The notes: a model not told the origin generated them from the letters alone. A stretch of DNA of 64,000 bases from Octopus sinensis (GCF_006345805.1 NC_042999.1:69502001-69566000); one strand, 5' to 3'; shown: positions 28,265-43,781, counted from the first letter of the stretch. Numbers and translations are program-made.

Positions 28265-31200
28265 CCACAGATACATAACAGGCTTCTTTCAGCCTGAGAC
28301 CAAGGTGTCACACTGTGGGACTGAACCCAGAATCATGTGGTTGGGAAGCAAGCTTCTTACCACACAGCCTTGTATGCATATGTATATGTGAGTGTGTGTG
28401 TATATGTTTGTTTGTGTACCCTTGTCTAGACATCAAGGGATGGTTGTAAATGAGCCTCACTGTCATACAAGCAAGGTTGTTCATTTCCAGTCTTCTGTGA
28501 AAAATATGTCTGGCCATGGAAATGTATTACCTAGCCTGGTAAATGGAAAAACATCCAGCTGTAGAAAAATCTGCCTTGACAATTGGAAAAGTGGACATTA
28601 AATGATGATAACGATGATGATGGTGGTGGTGGTGGTGGTGGTGGTGGTGGTGATGATGATGATGTCAGAAATCAATATTAATAGATTTAGTATCAATAAA
28701 GTATTACTAGATCAATAAATTGACATGCACATTTGAAGGATAGCAGATCAATCGTTTCTTCCCCCATATTGAATGTGAGAGACATCTTGTGGTAATATCA
28801 GGAATCAATAATAAAAAATTTTGTGCCAATAACACTGTACTGAATCAATAAAATTGACAATATTCCTCTTCCATTTTCGAGGCTTTGAGGTTATGTTAGA
28901 AACCAATATTCTTTTCTACTCTAGGCACAAGGCCTGAAATTTTGGGGGAGTGGGGGGCCAGTCGATTGGATTGACTCCAGTACACAACTGGTACTTAATT
29001 TATCAACCCCGAAAGAATGAAGGCAAAGTTGAACTCGGCAGATTTTGAACTCAGAATGTAAAGACAAATAAAAATCTCTTTGCTTTTCTACTCCAGGCAC
29101 AAGACCTGGAATTTGTGGGGAGGAGGTCACTTGATTAGATCGACACCAGTATGCAACTGGTACTTTATCTATTGACCCCGAAAGGATGAAAGTCAAAGTC
29201 ATCTTTGGCAGAATTTGAACTGAGAACATAAAGACAAATTAATACCGAGTGTTTGGCATTATATCATGCTTGAGAAGACCCATCAAGCTGAGCAAAAATC
29301 GCAGTCATGGCAGATACTTGTATCATGCAAATTGGCACCCATGCCAGTGGTATGTAAATGCAGCATGGTGTCACGCAAATGGCACCAGTGGCGTATAAAA
29401 GCACCCATTGCACTCTCGGAGTGGTTGGCACTAGGAAGGGTGTCCAGCCATAGAAAACCATGCCAAATCAAACTGGAGTCGGGTGCAGCCTTCCAGCGTG
29501 CCAGCCCAGTGAAACCATCTAACTCGTGCTAGCATGGACAATAGACATTAAATGACGATGATAATGATGCTGATTTCAAAATTTTCTTTGGTGTTTCAGT
29601 AGCACAGAGTTTTATTCTGGAGGTACAATCATTTTTTAAAAATTATGTTTAAAATATCTTGCAGGTTTTCATGTTTTTTCAGATATTGTTGTTCAATGTG
29701 CAGGTGTGGCTGTGCGGTAAGAAGTCTGCTTCCCAACCACATGGTTCCAGGTTCAGCCGCACTGCATGGCACCTTGAACACCTTAGACTGACCAAAGCAT
29801 TGTGAGTGGATTTGGGAGATGGAAACTGAAAGAAGCCTGTTGTATTCATGTATGTGTATGTGTGTGTCTTTGTGTTTGTCCTCCTACTACCACTTGATAA
29901 CCGGTGTTGATGTGTTTACATCCCTGTAACTTAGTGGTTTGGCAAAGGGAACCAACAGAATAAGTAAGCAGCTTAAAAAAAAAAGTGAGTACTGGGGCTG
30001 ATACATTCAAGTAAAAATTTTTCATAGCAGTGCCCCAGCATGGCCTCTGTCTAATGAATAAAACAAGTAAAAGATAGAAGATAAAAGATTCCTTTTAAAT
30101 GCGAAAATTACCCAGACATTTTCTGCCATGTTTGTGGTACTTGTTATAAGATTTTGTCTCAGTCATGTTTTCACAAAGTTATAGCACGCAAAAAGCACCA
30201 TTCAAATGTGATCAATGCCAGGCACACCTGACTGGCCCCTGTGCTAGTGGCACATAAAAAGCACCCACTACACTCTCAGAGTGGTTGGCATTAAGAAGAG
30301 CTTCCAGCTGTAGAAACATTGCTAGATCAGATTGGAACCTGGTGCAGCCATCTGGCTCTCCAGAGCTCAGTCAAACTGTCCGATCAATGCCAGCATGGAA
30401 AACGGATGATGATTGGTGAATGACTTTGGTTCTATACAACCAGCCATCATTTGCAGAGTCTGTGAATAGATAACATTATTTACAATGGACAAATACGAGG
30501 GACGTTCAGTAAGTAATGCCCCTGACCCACTTGTTGTTGTTTGATCTTGCTGAAATTTTGCATGTGCAATTATTCATATCTCTATAGATTACGTGGCAAA
30601 TTACAGCTCTGAACTAATTGTGGTTTCTGATTTACAGGTGTTTGAACTGAGTCAAGTGTGAAATGGAGCCTGTTGAGTGTCGAGCAGTGATCCGGGTTTT
30701 GTATTTGAAAGGACGCACACCACGGGAGACTTTTGATGAAATGAAAGTAACTTATGATAATGATGCCCCATCATATGAACTTGTTTAAACGCTGGCATCG
30801 TGAATTCAAACATGGTCGGAACTCTGTGGAAACAGCCCCCAGATCTGGTCACCCTCCTTCTGCCATTGATGAGGCATCTGTCCGTCAAGTTGAGGCTGCC
30901 ATTTTGGAAGATCAACGCATAACTATTTGCCAAATAGCCCATGAGGTCAAGATTAGTACCGGGTCTGTGGAAACTATCATTCATGACCATTTGCATATGC
31001 AAAAGGTGTCTGCCTGATGGATTCCCATGTTGCTCACACCTTTCCAGAAACAAGAACGCGTCGAGTGCTCGAGGATGAATTTGGAGATGTGCCAAGAAGA
31101 TGAGTCAAAATTTTTCAAAAGACTGATTACACAGGATGAAACCTGGGTCCATCACCATGATCCAGAGACCAAAGCCCAGTCAATGCAGTGGAAACACCGT

Positions 31201-33197
31201 GACTCACCTCCTCCAAAGAAGGCAAGGGTGCAGCCCTCTGCTGGCAAGGTCATGCTCACAGTCTTCTGGGATGAGGACGGAGTAGAGATGACAGATTTCC
31301 TGGCAAAAGGTACCACAATTACAGGACCCTATTATGCTTCACTTTTGAGGAAATTAAGAGAAGCTATCAAAATCAAGAGGCGGGGCAAGATCAGCAAAGA
31401 CATTCTCCTCCTGCAGGACAATGCTCCGGTCCACAACTCAATGGTCGCCAGATCAGAAGCACAGGCATGCGGCTATGAACTCTTTCCCCAAACTCCTACT
31501 CTCCTGACCTTGCACCCTCTGATTTTCACCTCTTCCCAGCCATGAAGTTGTTTTTGAAAGGAAAGCGTTTCCCAGATGATGCAGCCTTGATTTCTGAAGT
31601 CAGGTCGTGGTTGGAGGACCAAGCTGGGGTCTTCTACAAAACGGTCTCTAGAGCTGCATCAAACGATGGGAGAAATGTATAACTCTGGGTGGTTCCTATG
31701 TAAAAGAAGACTAATAACTGTGCCAAGTGTCGTTGCTCTACTGCTATGGGAAGTGGGTCAGGGGCATTACTTATTGAATGCCCCTCGTAGGTGTCCCCAT
31801 CTTGTTTATTGTTACCACAATGTTTCAGCTGATGTACTCTCCAACCTTCATTAGTTGTTCTGGTGGAATTTCAAACCCAACCCTTAATTTGACTAATGGA
31901 CTACTCTGTTCTCATTCCTAAGATATTCATTTTTCTTTTTTTGCTGATGTTATTTTATTTTTTTTCTGTTGATATTATTTCTTAAGTCCCTGCTTCAGAT
32001 TGAACTCAGAATCCGAAATTTAGTAGCCAGCACTCTTATCCACTATGCTATATGCCCAGCAGATCATCTGATGAAGGCTGGAGAGTAAGTCAGCCGAAAT
32101 GTTGTGGTTACAACAAACAGGGTAAGGACATCTATCTGTCCATTGTAAATAATCTACATAATTCCTCATCTCAAAAGTATAGACTAGTATGTACCATGCT
32201 TTCATCGATTGCTTATGGTGATTATGTAATGGTGAGCTGACATGAACATCATCTAAGTCTCAGCACTGTTCACTCAGGGACACATCTAGGATGTGATAGC
32301 TGGAGGTAAAGAGAGCTATGCCAGCACCAACAGTACCATCAACAGCAGCAGCAGCACCACCATCATCATTTAACATTCGTTTTCCATGCTGGTGCAAGTC
32401 TGATGGTTTGACAGAAGCCGTTGTCCGTTTTGGCATGGTTTTTACAGCTGGATGTTCTTCCTAACACCAACCACATTACAGAGCCCACTGGGTGCGTTTT
32501 ATGTGACACCAGCATCGACAGGGCCACCAAACAACTTGAAAGATAACCATCTGATAATTATTTACAACTGAGTAGACTGAAGCAATATGAAATGAAGTTA
32601 ATTGTTCAAAAAAAAAATGTTATTATTGCCTACCCCAGAAAGTGAACCCTGGCCCTTATGATTGTGAGCCAAACACCCTAACCACTAGACCACTGGAAAT
32701 AACAATGTAATTGTGAAAAAATGTAAATAACCAAAGTTATTGAGGTTTACTTGGTTTGATATGTCTGAGCTTTTGGTTGTGTTTCACTGCTCCCACTGTC
32801 TAATTTTGAGTAGTCTGAGTAGATTCCATCATTCAGAGACTTGTGTTTCTCAGAGTTTGCAGCATCTTCTGATGTCACTCTGCTCTGAAAGGATAAAGAA
32901 AATGGATTACTTTAATAAGGAATAATAAAGGGACAGCAGTGATAATGTGGTCTTGGGTTCAGTCCCATTGCATGGCACCTTGGACAAAATGTCTTTCACT
33001 ATAACCCTGAGCAGACCAAAGCCTTGTGAGTGGCTTTGGGAGAGCAAAACTAAAAGAAAGCCATCATGTGCATGCATGCGCATGCGTGTGTGTGTGGGGG
33101 AATACATATATATATAAATATATATACACACACACATATATATATAATTAAATAGTGCAATACAGTAGTATTGCTTCCCAGTAAAACAAAGCACCAG

Positions 33198-33264
<67 letters not shown>

Positions 33265-36200
33265 TATATCTTTTTTTCCATTTTTACTTATTTCAGTAAT
33301 TAGATAGTGGTCATGCTGGAGCACTGCCTTGAAGAATTTTTAGTCAAATGAATGGACCCCAGTAATTATATTCTTTTTAAAAGCCTGGTACTTATTCTAT
33401 TAGTCTCTTTGGCCGAACCACTAAATTATGGGGGTGTAAACACACCAACACTGGTGGTCAAACAGTGGTGCGTGACAATCACAGACACAAAGTCACACAC
33501 ACACACATATATGACGGGCTTCTTTCAGTTTCCATCTACTAAATCCACACAGATGGTTTTGGTTGGCCTAAGGCTATAGTAGAAGACACTTACCTCTAGG
33601 TACCATGCAGTGGGACTGAACCTGGAACTATGTGATCGGGAAGTAAGATTCTTACCACAAAGCCATATGTGTGTGTGTGCATATGAAGGTTGCTTCCCTA
33701 CCACATGGTTTCATCTTCAGTTCCGTTGCATGGTATTTTGAGCAATTGTCATCCACTACAGCCTTGGGCCAAGTAGAGCCTTGTGAGTGAATGCGTAAGA
33801 GACAGAAACTGAAAGAAGCCCATAGTATATACACATGTATACATATACATTTGTGTGTGTGTGAGCCTGAGTGTGTGTGTATGTTAGTGTCCTCATCATA
33901 CAAATCATGTCCTTCATTTCCAATCTTCCATGCAAACATGCCTGGCCAACACATGTTACTTGCAAACAACACACATGCACACACACACACACAGAGTCCA
34001 AAACTAATTAATTCATTTCAAAAGTGACTGTGTTTTAGGCTTCTCATCATTATTTTTATATTTCCAACCTCAACTTTAGACATTGCAACCATTTTATTAA
34101 AAGTATTTATACTAGCTTGTTTATTGATCTGTTGTCTTATATATGTGTGTGTATGTGTAGATATATATATGTGTGTATGTATATATATGTGTATACACAC
34201 ACGTCAGTTTTTAGTTTGTCTATTGCAATACTAAAACTGCAAAATATAGATATGTGTTTTCTGTGGCTGGGAAATTGTGTTTAATAGTCATACCATGGAA
34301 TTAAGACCAGCTGGTGGCTGGCTAAATAACACATATACAAATATACAGACAGTGTACAATATAGTGAAGAGACAGAAATACAAAATGGAAATATATGGAG
34401 TCGACTGGGCATTTAATCAATATGGAAATCAACAAACATTTCAATAAATCTCAAGTATTTAAAGATGAGGTTTTGTAATTTTAATGCTAGTAAACTTATA
34501 CAAGGCATGGCTGTATGATTTAAGAGGTTCGCGTTGCAACCGTGTGGTATCAATCCCACTGTATGGCACTTTACACCTTTCTTTATTGTATTTCTGTTGA
34601 GATGCTCTGGGTTTCTTTCAATTAATTTTAAATATAACAAAGAATTTAGTAAAATAACTTAGTTATCATTAAGCTGGCGTTAGGAACATAAATTTTGACT
34701 AAGGTTTGGTGGAAGATTTTAATTCAGAACTTATGAAAACAAGACATTTGTATTACAGAGCCAGTGCCGGTTTCAGCCACAAGCCAGGTTGGTATCGAAA
34801 GGGTTAAGAATTGTTCCTCTATTATATATTTTAACCCTTTTCTTACCATATTTCTGTTGAGATGCTCTGTGTTTCTTTCAATTAATTTTAAATATAACAA
34901 AGAATTTAGTAAAATAACTTAGTTATCATTAAGCTGGCGTTAGGAACATAAATTGTGACTAAGGTTTTAATTCAAAACTTATGAAAACAAGACATTTGTA
35001 CTACTGAGCCAGAACTGGTTTCAGCCAGGTTGGTAACGAAAGGGTTTAAGATGAGGTTTTGTAATTCTAATAATAGTAAAGTATAAAAGGTGTGACTGTG
35101 TGATTTAAGAAGTTCACATTGCAACCATGTGGTTTCAATCCCACCATGGCACCTTAAGCAAGTATTTTCTGCTATAATCCAATGCTGATTAATTGTCTTC
35201 TAAGTGGATTTATTAGACAGTAAATGAGTAGAAACTCATTCTATACATGCATTCACACATGCACACACACACATACACTAACTTAAGTGCCACTCTTGAG
35301 AATTTCGGCTTCTCAAAACTAGAAAGGAGACAGATAGTTAAAAGATTACAGATTCAAGCCATCAAGGGAACTGTCAAAATCTGTAAAACTTTCTAGAAGT
35401 TTAGCATTTCAGTACATGTGTGCATGTCTAGACATGCAATTGTATGCATGAGAATACATACATAAAACAAAACATGCAAATCTGCACATGCACATGCCTC
35501 CAAATATTGCACACATTCATACAAACATGCACAAGTACCCTGCTGATGTTGGTGAGATTCCAATAAACAAGCCTTGGATTTATATTAGAAACTGGTTCTT
35601 TCTCTACTGGCAAGAAATCTTGAAATAAACTGACTGATAATACGTGTGTGTGTGTGTGTGTATGTTTGTGTTTGTCCACCACCACTTGGTTTTTGTATGC
35701 TCCTGGAACTTAGCATTTCAACATGGCTGCACTCCAACAACTGAAATACTTGAAATATGAACTTGAAGGGCCAGGTGAAGCACCCAAAGGGCTACGTTCT
35801 GTTTGGGCCTCTGCAACCATTCAGTAAATAAATATAATTTTAATTGCTACCATCGTGTAATCTGCAGTGTTTAATTTGACTTTTAAGTGATAACAATGAC
35901 GACGACGATAATGATGCTGACAATACTGATGATGACAGTGATGACGACGGCGGCGGCGGCGGTGGCGGCAATGATGATGCTGGTGGCTCCCTGTTTCTGG
36001 ATTCACATTCCACCAAATTTGATTTTAGTATCAACTCTTCTTGGCTTTAGTGATATCAGTTATATACCAGGTTTCAATTGGTATTCTTCTTCCTCTGAAA
36101 AGTTCCATTCTGGCACTTGGCACTAAGTGCTGTGCTTCTTTCGTTAAATGTTTTAGGTGCCTACGTAGTCACAAGCAAACTTGCAAACCTTCTCAATGCT

Positions 36201-39200
36201 TACACTCTTGACCTGGTGAACACTGAGGATGTGACAGCTGGAGTGAGAAAGGGCTGCACCAGGAACCAATAGGCGCTCATTTTCAATGGAAAAATATGAA
36301 ATGAAGTGCCTTACTCAAGGATACACAACACCACAACCCTTGTTACTCAAGGTATCGAACCAACAACCTGATAATTATGAATCCAATATCTCAATCACAT
36401 GACCACACACCACCCTAGCACTTATTCAAACAAAATACCTGGTTTTGATTCTGCAACATTATTGATTCTGTTATTGATCGATGCCATTGACTGGCTCGTG
36501 TGCCAGTGGCACGTAAAAAGCACCATCCGAATATGATCGTTGCCAGGCCTACCTGACTGGCTCCTGTACTGGTGGCACGTAAAAAGCACCATCCAAATGT
36601 GATCATTGCCAGGCCCGCCTGACTGGCTCCTGTGCTGGTGGCACGTAAAAAGCACTCTTGAAGTGGTTGGTGTTAGAAAGGGCATCCAGCTGTAGAAACT
36701 TTGCCAGATCAGATTGGAGACTGTTGCTGTCCCTGGCTCTCCAGACCTCAGTCAAACCATCTAATCCATGCCAGCATGGAAAATAGAAGTTAAACGATGA
36801 TGATGAAGATGATGATGATGATGGCAGACAAAATTTTCCAATTCCTTCCTTTAACTCTATGGATTACAATCCCCTTGAAACTATCCTTCGATCTATGACA
36901 CAAACTTCCTGTTTGAAAGTGATCTAAATTGAAATCATCCATCAAAATTTCAGCTTCATTTATGTTCCAAACACCAGTTAAATAATGACAAAGATATTTT
37001 TCTAAATTCGTCATTACTTTCATAATTGATTTAAATAAAAGCAATGTATTTCAACAGAAATATGGTAACAAAAGGGTTAAAGTGATCTAAATTAAAACCT
37101 TCCAAACACCAGCTTAATAATCCTTTCTGCTAAAATCCCTGAATGCCCTAAGCACATGTTTGAGGGAAGGGACAAATCGATTACATCAACCTCATCCCCC
37201 ACCCCCAGTGTTTCACGGGTACTTACTTCATTGACCCCAAATGGATGAAAGGCAAAGTTGACCTCAGTGGAATTTGAACTCAGAATGTAATGACAGGCGA
37301 AATAGTGCTAAGCACTTTGTCCAGTGTGCTAACGATTCTGCCAGATCACCACCTTACACCAGCTTAATAATGACAAGGAGATTTTACTAAATTAAAGTGA
37401 AACAAAGGCAATGGATTTCAACAGAATTGTGGTAACAACAGGTTTAAAAACATCAGTGTTTCTTATAATTGTAAAACAAACTGATGTTTTCGTTTTCAAG
37501 CTTTCCAGAAAAACAAAATATTCTTTATAGAAAAATAAAGACATACGAGATCACTCACATTAGCATTAGTTGTTTGCTTTGGGTCAGATGGTTCTTTTGA
37601 TTTCATCTGTTTCAGGGCTAAAATAATAAACAGAGTAAATTTTAATCATAAACCCAAATATAGAGACTGTATAAACAAGAAAGTGTATGTAAGATACATG
37701 TGTGTGTGTGTGTGGTGGGGTACTGCTAGGTTGTGAAACACAGACAATAACAATGGAAAGTGTAGAAGGGGTTACTGAAGAGAAAGGAATTGAGCATAAT
37801 CCAGGACTGGTTTAAGAACCATAGAAGCCCAAAGCACTTGAAAGATTCTGGTGCTCTCATATGGATGTAATTCAAGATATAAACAATAATAAACCATGAA
37901 ATAAATCTCTGTTTTTCAAAATGAAACAAAACTAACAGTAAAATGGAAAATAATGTTTATTTTTGTGCACAGTAATCCCTTGCCATATTGCAGTTCATCT
38001 ATCACGGTTTATTATTTAAGCTTATGTTGATTCCTCCATGGTGTTGTTTTGCATTTATAATATAATAATCATCATCATCATTGTTTCACGTCCGTTTTCC
38101 ATGCTGGCATGGGTTGGATGGTTTGACTAAGGTCTGGAGGGCCAGCAGCTGCACCAGGCTCGAATCTGATCTGGCAGTGTTTCGACAGCTGGATGCCCTT
38201 CCTAATGCCAACCACTCCAAGAGTGTAATGGGTGCTCTTTATGTGCCACTGGCACATGAGCCAGTTTGGCAGGCCTGGCATAGATCACATTTGGATGGTG
38301 CTTTTTACATGTCACCGGCATGGGGGCCAGTCAACAGGTCCTGGCATTGGCCACGTTTGGATGGTGCTTTTCACATGCCACCGGCACAAGAACCAGTCAG
38401 GGGATACTGGCATCAGCCATGTTTGGTTGGTGCATTTTATATGCCACCAGCATGGGAGCCAGTCAAGCGGACCTTGCATTGACCACGTTCAGATGGTGCT
38501 TTTTACGTGCCACCTGCACAGGAGCCAGTCTGGGAGTACAGCCACATTCAGTCGGTACTTTTTACACGCCACCGGCATGGGAGCTAGTCAGGCATACCTG
38601 CATCAACTACATTCAGATGGTGCTTTTTACCTGCCACCGGCACAGGAGCCAATCTGGGGATACTGGCATCAGCCACATTCAATTGGTACTTTTTAAACGC
38701 CACCAGCATGGGAGCCAGTCAGGCAGACCTGGTATTGGCCCCATTCAGATGGTGCTTTTTATGTGCCACCAAATATATACAAATTATAAAAATAATTTGT
38801 TCTGTTTCTATTTTGTGGATTTTCACCTATCACGGTGGGGTGGAGTTTGGAACATAACACCCATGATAGTCAACAGAATAATGTTCTTTCACTTTATTTA
38901 TATTTGAAAAGATTTCTCTTACTTTTCTTAACTGCAAAGGCTTTGATCAGAACCTCACTACGACACCAAGAACACTTGGAAAACATTATTTTAGCAAGTT
39001 TAAAGTGATTTATTTCATGCTGTAAACCATTTACCATTTCTTCCCTGAATGCCCTAAGCACATGTTTATTTTGCTTAATGGCTAATCCAGTGCTGGTATG
39101 ATCCATTGGACATGTGACGTTAACTTGATGAAATAAACAGAACAGATGAGCCAAGAGAGTAATTGGATAGTCAGTCATTACTCTGTGCAATCTGACAGCA

Positions 39201-42200
39201 CAGATATGGACGAGTGAGGTGAATGATGTGGGAATTACTATCTATTTCTTTACTACCCACAAGGGGCTAAACACAAAGAGGACAAACAAGGACTGACAAT
39301 CGGATTAAGTCGATTATATAGACCCCAGTGCGTAACTGGTACTTATTTAATCGACCCTGAAAGGATGAAAGGTGAAGTCAATCTTGGCGGAATTTGAACT
39401 CAGAACGTAACGGCAGACGAAATACCGCTAAGCATTTCGCCTGGCGTGCTAATGATTCTGCCAGTTTGCCGCCTTAACATGCGGGGAATTACTACCATCA
39501 CATAATTTGCATTGTTTAATTTGGGTTTAAAATGGCATCGGTGAAGTGGACCTCAAAGATTTCCAGTGTCCCTATAACGACAGAAATCAATTATTTAGAG
39601 TGGTGGTTCCCAACCTTTTCACTACCGAGGACCCCTTTTATTTAAATGAGTTTTCCTACGGACCCCTAGTACTACCTTTGCGGACCACAGGTTGGAAACC
39701 CGGTTTAGAAGATAACTAATGCACCAGTCCAGCTTACCTGGCAATAATGCGAGTTTATCAATCCAGGGGAAACGACTTCTACTAGCTTATAACAATTATT
39801 TCCCTTGATATTCTGTTGTGTCTAGGGAGAATCATTCTCTTTTAGTGCGTCATAATTTAACACACACACCGGTAAAATTTCCACTCATTTACTTATTTAT
39901 TTTTCTAAAATTTCCGTTGCATCTTGCAACCTTTTCAATAGTTGTTAACTCTGTCCGTTATTCAAGTTGCATTCTTTTTGTCTGTGCGCATGAACGTGGG
40001 TCAGTGTGAGTGTGTGTGTCTGTGCATGTGTGTGTGCATTGACATGTATGTATGTATATATGTATGTATGCTTGTATGCGTGTGTGTGTGTGTGTGTGCG
40101 TGCGTATGTATATATGTATGTATGTGTGTAAGTTTGTATATATGTATTTTGCATATTCATGTGTTTGTGTGTTTTTATGAGTGTATGTATGTGTTTGCAT
40201 GTGTGTCTACCTGTGTCTCCTTGTGTGTGCATGTCTGAGTGTGTCTATGTGTGTGTATATGAGTTTTTTGCGACTATGTATTGTATCTGTATGTGTGGAT
40301 GTGTGTCTCCATATGTGTCCTTGTGTGAAGTGAAGTGTGTGTGTATATATGGTCGTGTGTTTCATTCTTCATTTTTGTATGTGTGCTAGTCTGTTCATAT
40401 TACCTACGTACCTATCCGTCTGTATGTCTATCTGTTTACTTTCATATCCGTTTGCCTATATACATATACACCTACACACACCTATCATACATAAAGGCAT
40501 TGCAGTCACCTAGGGGTTCTGAAATCAATCCCAGGCAAGGATTACCTGAAACGTGGCACCAAGTAAACATTGTATATAATGGGAGTTTACTATTTCTAGG
40601 TCAAGTGACTATGTAAAATCTTTGTAACTGGTGAATTCATTAATGCTGAAGGCACTCTGTAGAGTGGCTGGCGTTATAGAAACCCTGCCACATTATTTAC
40701 ATTGGACAGATACGTGTCCTCATCTTGTTTGTCGTTACCACAGCATTTTGGCTGATTTACTCTCCAGCCTTCATCAGGTGTCCTGGTGGAATTTTAAACC
40801 CAACCCTAGTTATCTCCCTTGTTTACTCAGACTTATATCCAGTTCTCATTCCTAAGGTATTATTGCTGATGTTATTATTATTATTATCATTTTTTATTCA
40901 AGGTACTACCTGGAATTGAATTCGGAATCATTACACTATATGCCCATAGGCAATTATAGAGTGAATTTTAGGGCTTATAAGCCAAATATTTTTATAACCT
41001 TCCTTAATACCGGTTCCCATATTCTACACATATCTGCACTAGGTCTCCAGGTCACCAGGACACCTGATGAAGGCTGGAGAGTAAATCAGCCGAAACGCTG
41101 TGGTAACAACAAACAAGATAAGGACATATATCCGTCAAATGTAAATGATTTGCAGAATTCCTCATCTCCAAAAAATACAGAACAATGTAGTCCCGGAAGC
41201 CATCAGATACTGTCAAATTAACCAATCCTTGTCAGCATGGAACATGAACTTTAAATGGTGATGGCTATGATGATGATGATGGTGATTAATCTCATACTGA
41301 ATATCTCAATAGCATTTATCTGGTTATATATATGGATGCATAACACTGCAACCCCAATAGTTATCTCCCCTGTTTACTCAGACTTATATCCAGTTTATAG
41401 GAATGGATGATTTTTTTCGTGGTTATTGGGGAGCTGGGGTGCATTTACGTGTGAACCACTCGGAAGATTTGAGAGCTGTGGGACCTTTATGTGTCAAGGG
41501 ACGTAACTGAGAGTAATCTTTTAGTCATTTGTTTCTGATGAGACAAAGATGAAGTACACGTGCTGCCAAGGATAGTTATCATGGAACACTGACTTGAAGT
41601 AGTGGGAGGAAGCTTGTGAAATATGTGGATGTGTGTTGGTCATACGATCAATTAAGGTCTGGCAGAGTCTGGATTTCTACCACAAGATGCCATCCTTCTT
41701 ATGATGTGCCTCAATGATCCAGAGAATTATGCCAACAGAGAAAGCCTCAAATGCTGGGCAGGTCAAAGGATAATGGCCAAACTAATATGGATCACATCTT
41801 CCCAGAGGTAGAATGGGTTTGTGTGGAGCCAACGGCCCTACCGAGTGAAAGCTAAGTTATAGAAGCATGGATGACCATTTGGAACCAACAAAACCAGGGA
41901 AACATGGCATGGTGTAGCAAACAGAGTTTCTTACTTCAGTTGTGGTAAGATGAGGAAAGCAGTAAAGAGATGATGGTAAAGATGTGTCAGGGTAAAGACT
42001 GGATGAGTGGGCAGGATTGAGGGTGACAAATATAGAAGTTCGTGGAATCTTGGGCAAGCAACTTCAACAATAGCCTTGGGCTGACCAAACCTTGTGAGGG
42101 GATTTGGTAAATGGAAACTGAAAGAAGCAAGTCATATATACGAGTGAGTGTGTATGTGTCTTCGTGCCAGTGTTTGTTCCCCCAAAACTGCTTGACAACT

Positions 42201-43738
42201 GGTGTTGGTGTGTTTACATCCTCTGTAACTTAGTGGTTCAGCAAAAAGAGACTGATAGAATAAGTAGCAGGATTTTAAAAAAGCACAGGAGTTGATTTGT
42301 TCAAATAAACACTTGAAGGTGGTGCTCCAGCATGGTCACAGTCTAAAGATTGAAACAAGTAAAAGATAGAAGAATCTAGATTCTCTTCTGGCAACTTGAT
42401 ATTGTTCCATGTCCCACCCCCTTTACGTTTGGAGTTCTGATTCTACCAAGGGCGACTTTGCCTTTCATCCTTCTGGGTCGAAAAAAATAAAGACCAGTTC
42501 AGTACTGGGGTCAATGTAATTGACTTACCCCTTCCTCCAAATTTGCTGGCCTTGTGCTAAAATTTGAAACTAATGTTTTGATTAAATTGTCAAAATATTT
42601 TACATTCAATCATTTAACATATATGTGTGTGTGTGTGTGTGTGTAAGTATGTATATATATCATCATCATCATCGTTTAACGTCCGCTTTTCATGCTGGCA
42701 TGGATTGGACGGTTTGACTGAGGACTATCAAGCCAGAAAGCTGCACCAGGCTCCAATCTGATCTGGCAAGGTTTCTACAGCTGGATGCCTTTCCTAACAC
42801 CAACCACTCCAAGAGTGTGGTGGGTGCTTTTTATGTGCTACTAGCATGAGGGCCAGTCACACAGAACTGGCATTGACCACATTCAGATCGTGCTTTTTAC
42901 GTGCCACCAGCACAGGAGCCAGTGTGGGGGCACTGACCACGCTTGGATGGAGCTTTTTACATGCCACTGGCACGGGGAGCCAGTCAGGCAGCACTGGCAT
43001 CGACTTACACTTGAATGGTGCTTATTATATGCCACCAGCATGGGTACCAGTCAGGCGGCACTGGCATCGGCCACAACTACGATTTCCATTTTGATTTTGA
43101 TTTTTGATTTTATTTGACTTCTCAAGCGCAGTACATCACCTGACAATTCAAGGGTACTTTTAAGTGGGCTGGTTATGCGACACAGGCATCAGTCACAGCT
43201 GTGCCCTCACTTTTCTTGCCGGGTCATTGGCCATGATTTGATTTCACTTGTCTCAACAGATCTTCTCAAACACAGTATATCGCCCATATAAATCCTTTCT
43301 ACTAAAGACACAAGGCCTGAAACTTTGAGAGAGGGGACTAATCAAACACATCGACCTCAGTATTTCACTGATACTTAATTTATTGACCCCAAAAGGATGA
43401 AAGGTAAAGTTGACCTCAGTGGAATTTGAAATCAAAATGTAGCTGCAGACGAAATACTGCTAAGCATTTCCACCGGCATGCTAATGATTCTGCCAGCTTG
43501 CCACCTTTATATATATATATATTAAACGTTGTGGTTTCTTTGGTTTATTTGTTCCCAAATAACACTTCTTTTAGTGCTGCAGACACCACTGGATTGAATG
43601 GTACTGCCCAAATGTCGAAACCATAATGATATCCGTGTGGCAGCTGATGATGGAGGTATGTTGGATTGTTGGTATGGCTGTTTTTGTATATGTGGAACAG
43701 CATTATAACACAACCTTTTGATATATATATATGTATAT

Positions 43739-43781
<43 letters not shown>

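Noticed and set aside
35890-36000. CpG-rich (GAC)/(GGC) run encoding a D/G-rich peptide on +
   Set aside because: Short trinucleotide low-complexity patch with no start or splice support.
36068-36160. 93-nt AG..GT bounded open segment
   Set aside because: Contains TGA in the CEP72 frame (phase 0); it is open only in a frame the neighbouring exons do not supply.
38240-38770. CRISPR-like regularly spaced repeats
   Set aside because: Whole 63-66 bp units are homologous with no unique spacers, there are no cas genes, and the context is a eukaryotic LINE 3' UTR.
38078-38907. Long ORFs (up to 195 aa) over the tandem units, and the many 60-130 aa ORFs over SINE and RTE tails
   Set aside because: Repetitive or antisense translations of non-coding repeats that recur at every copy.
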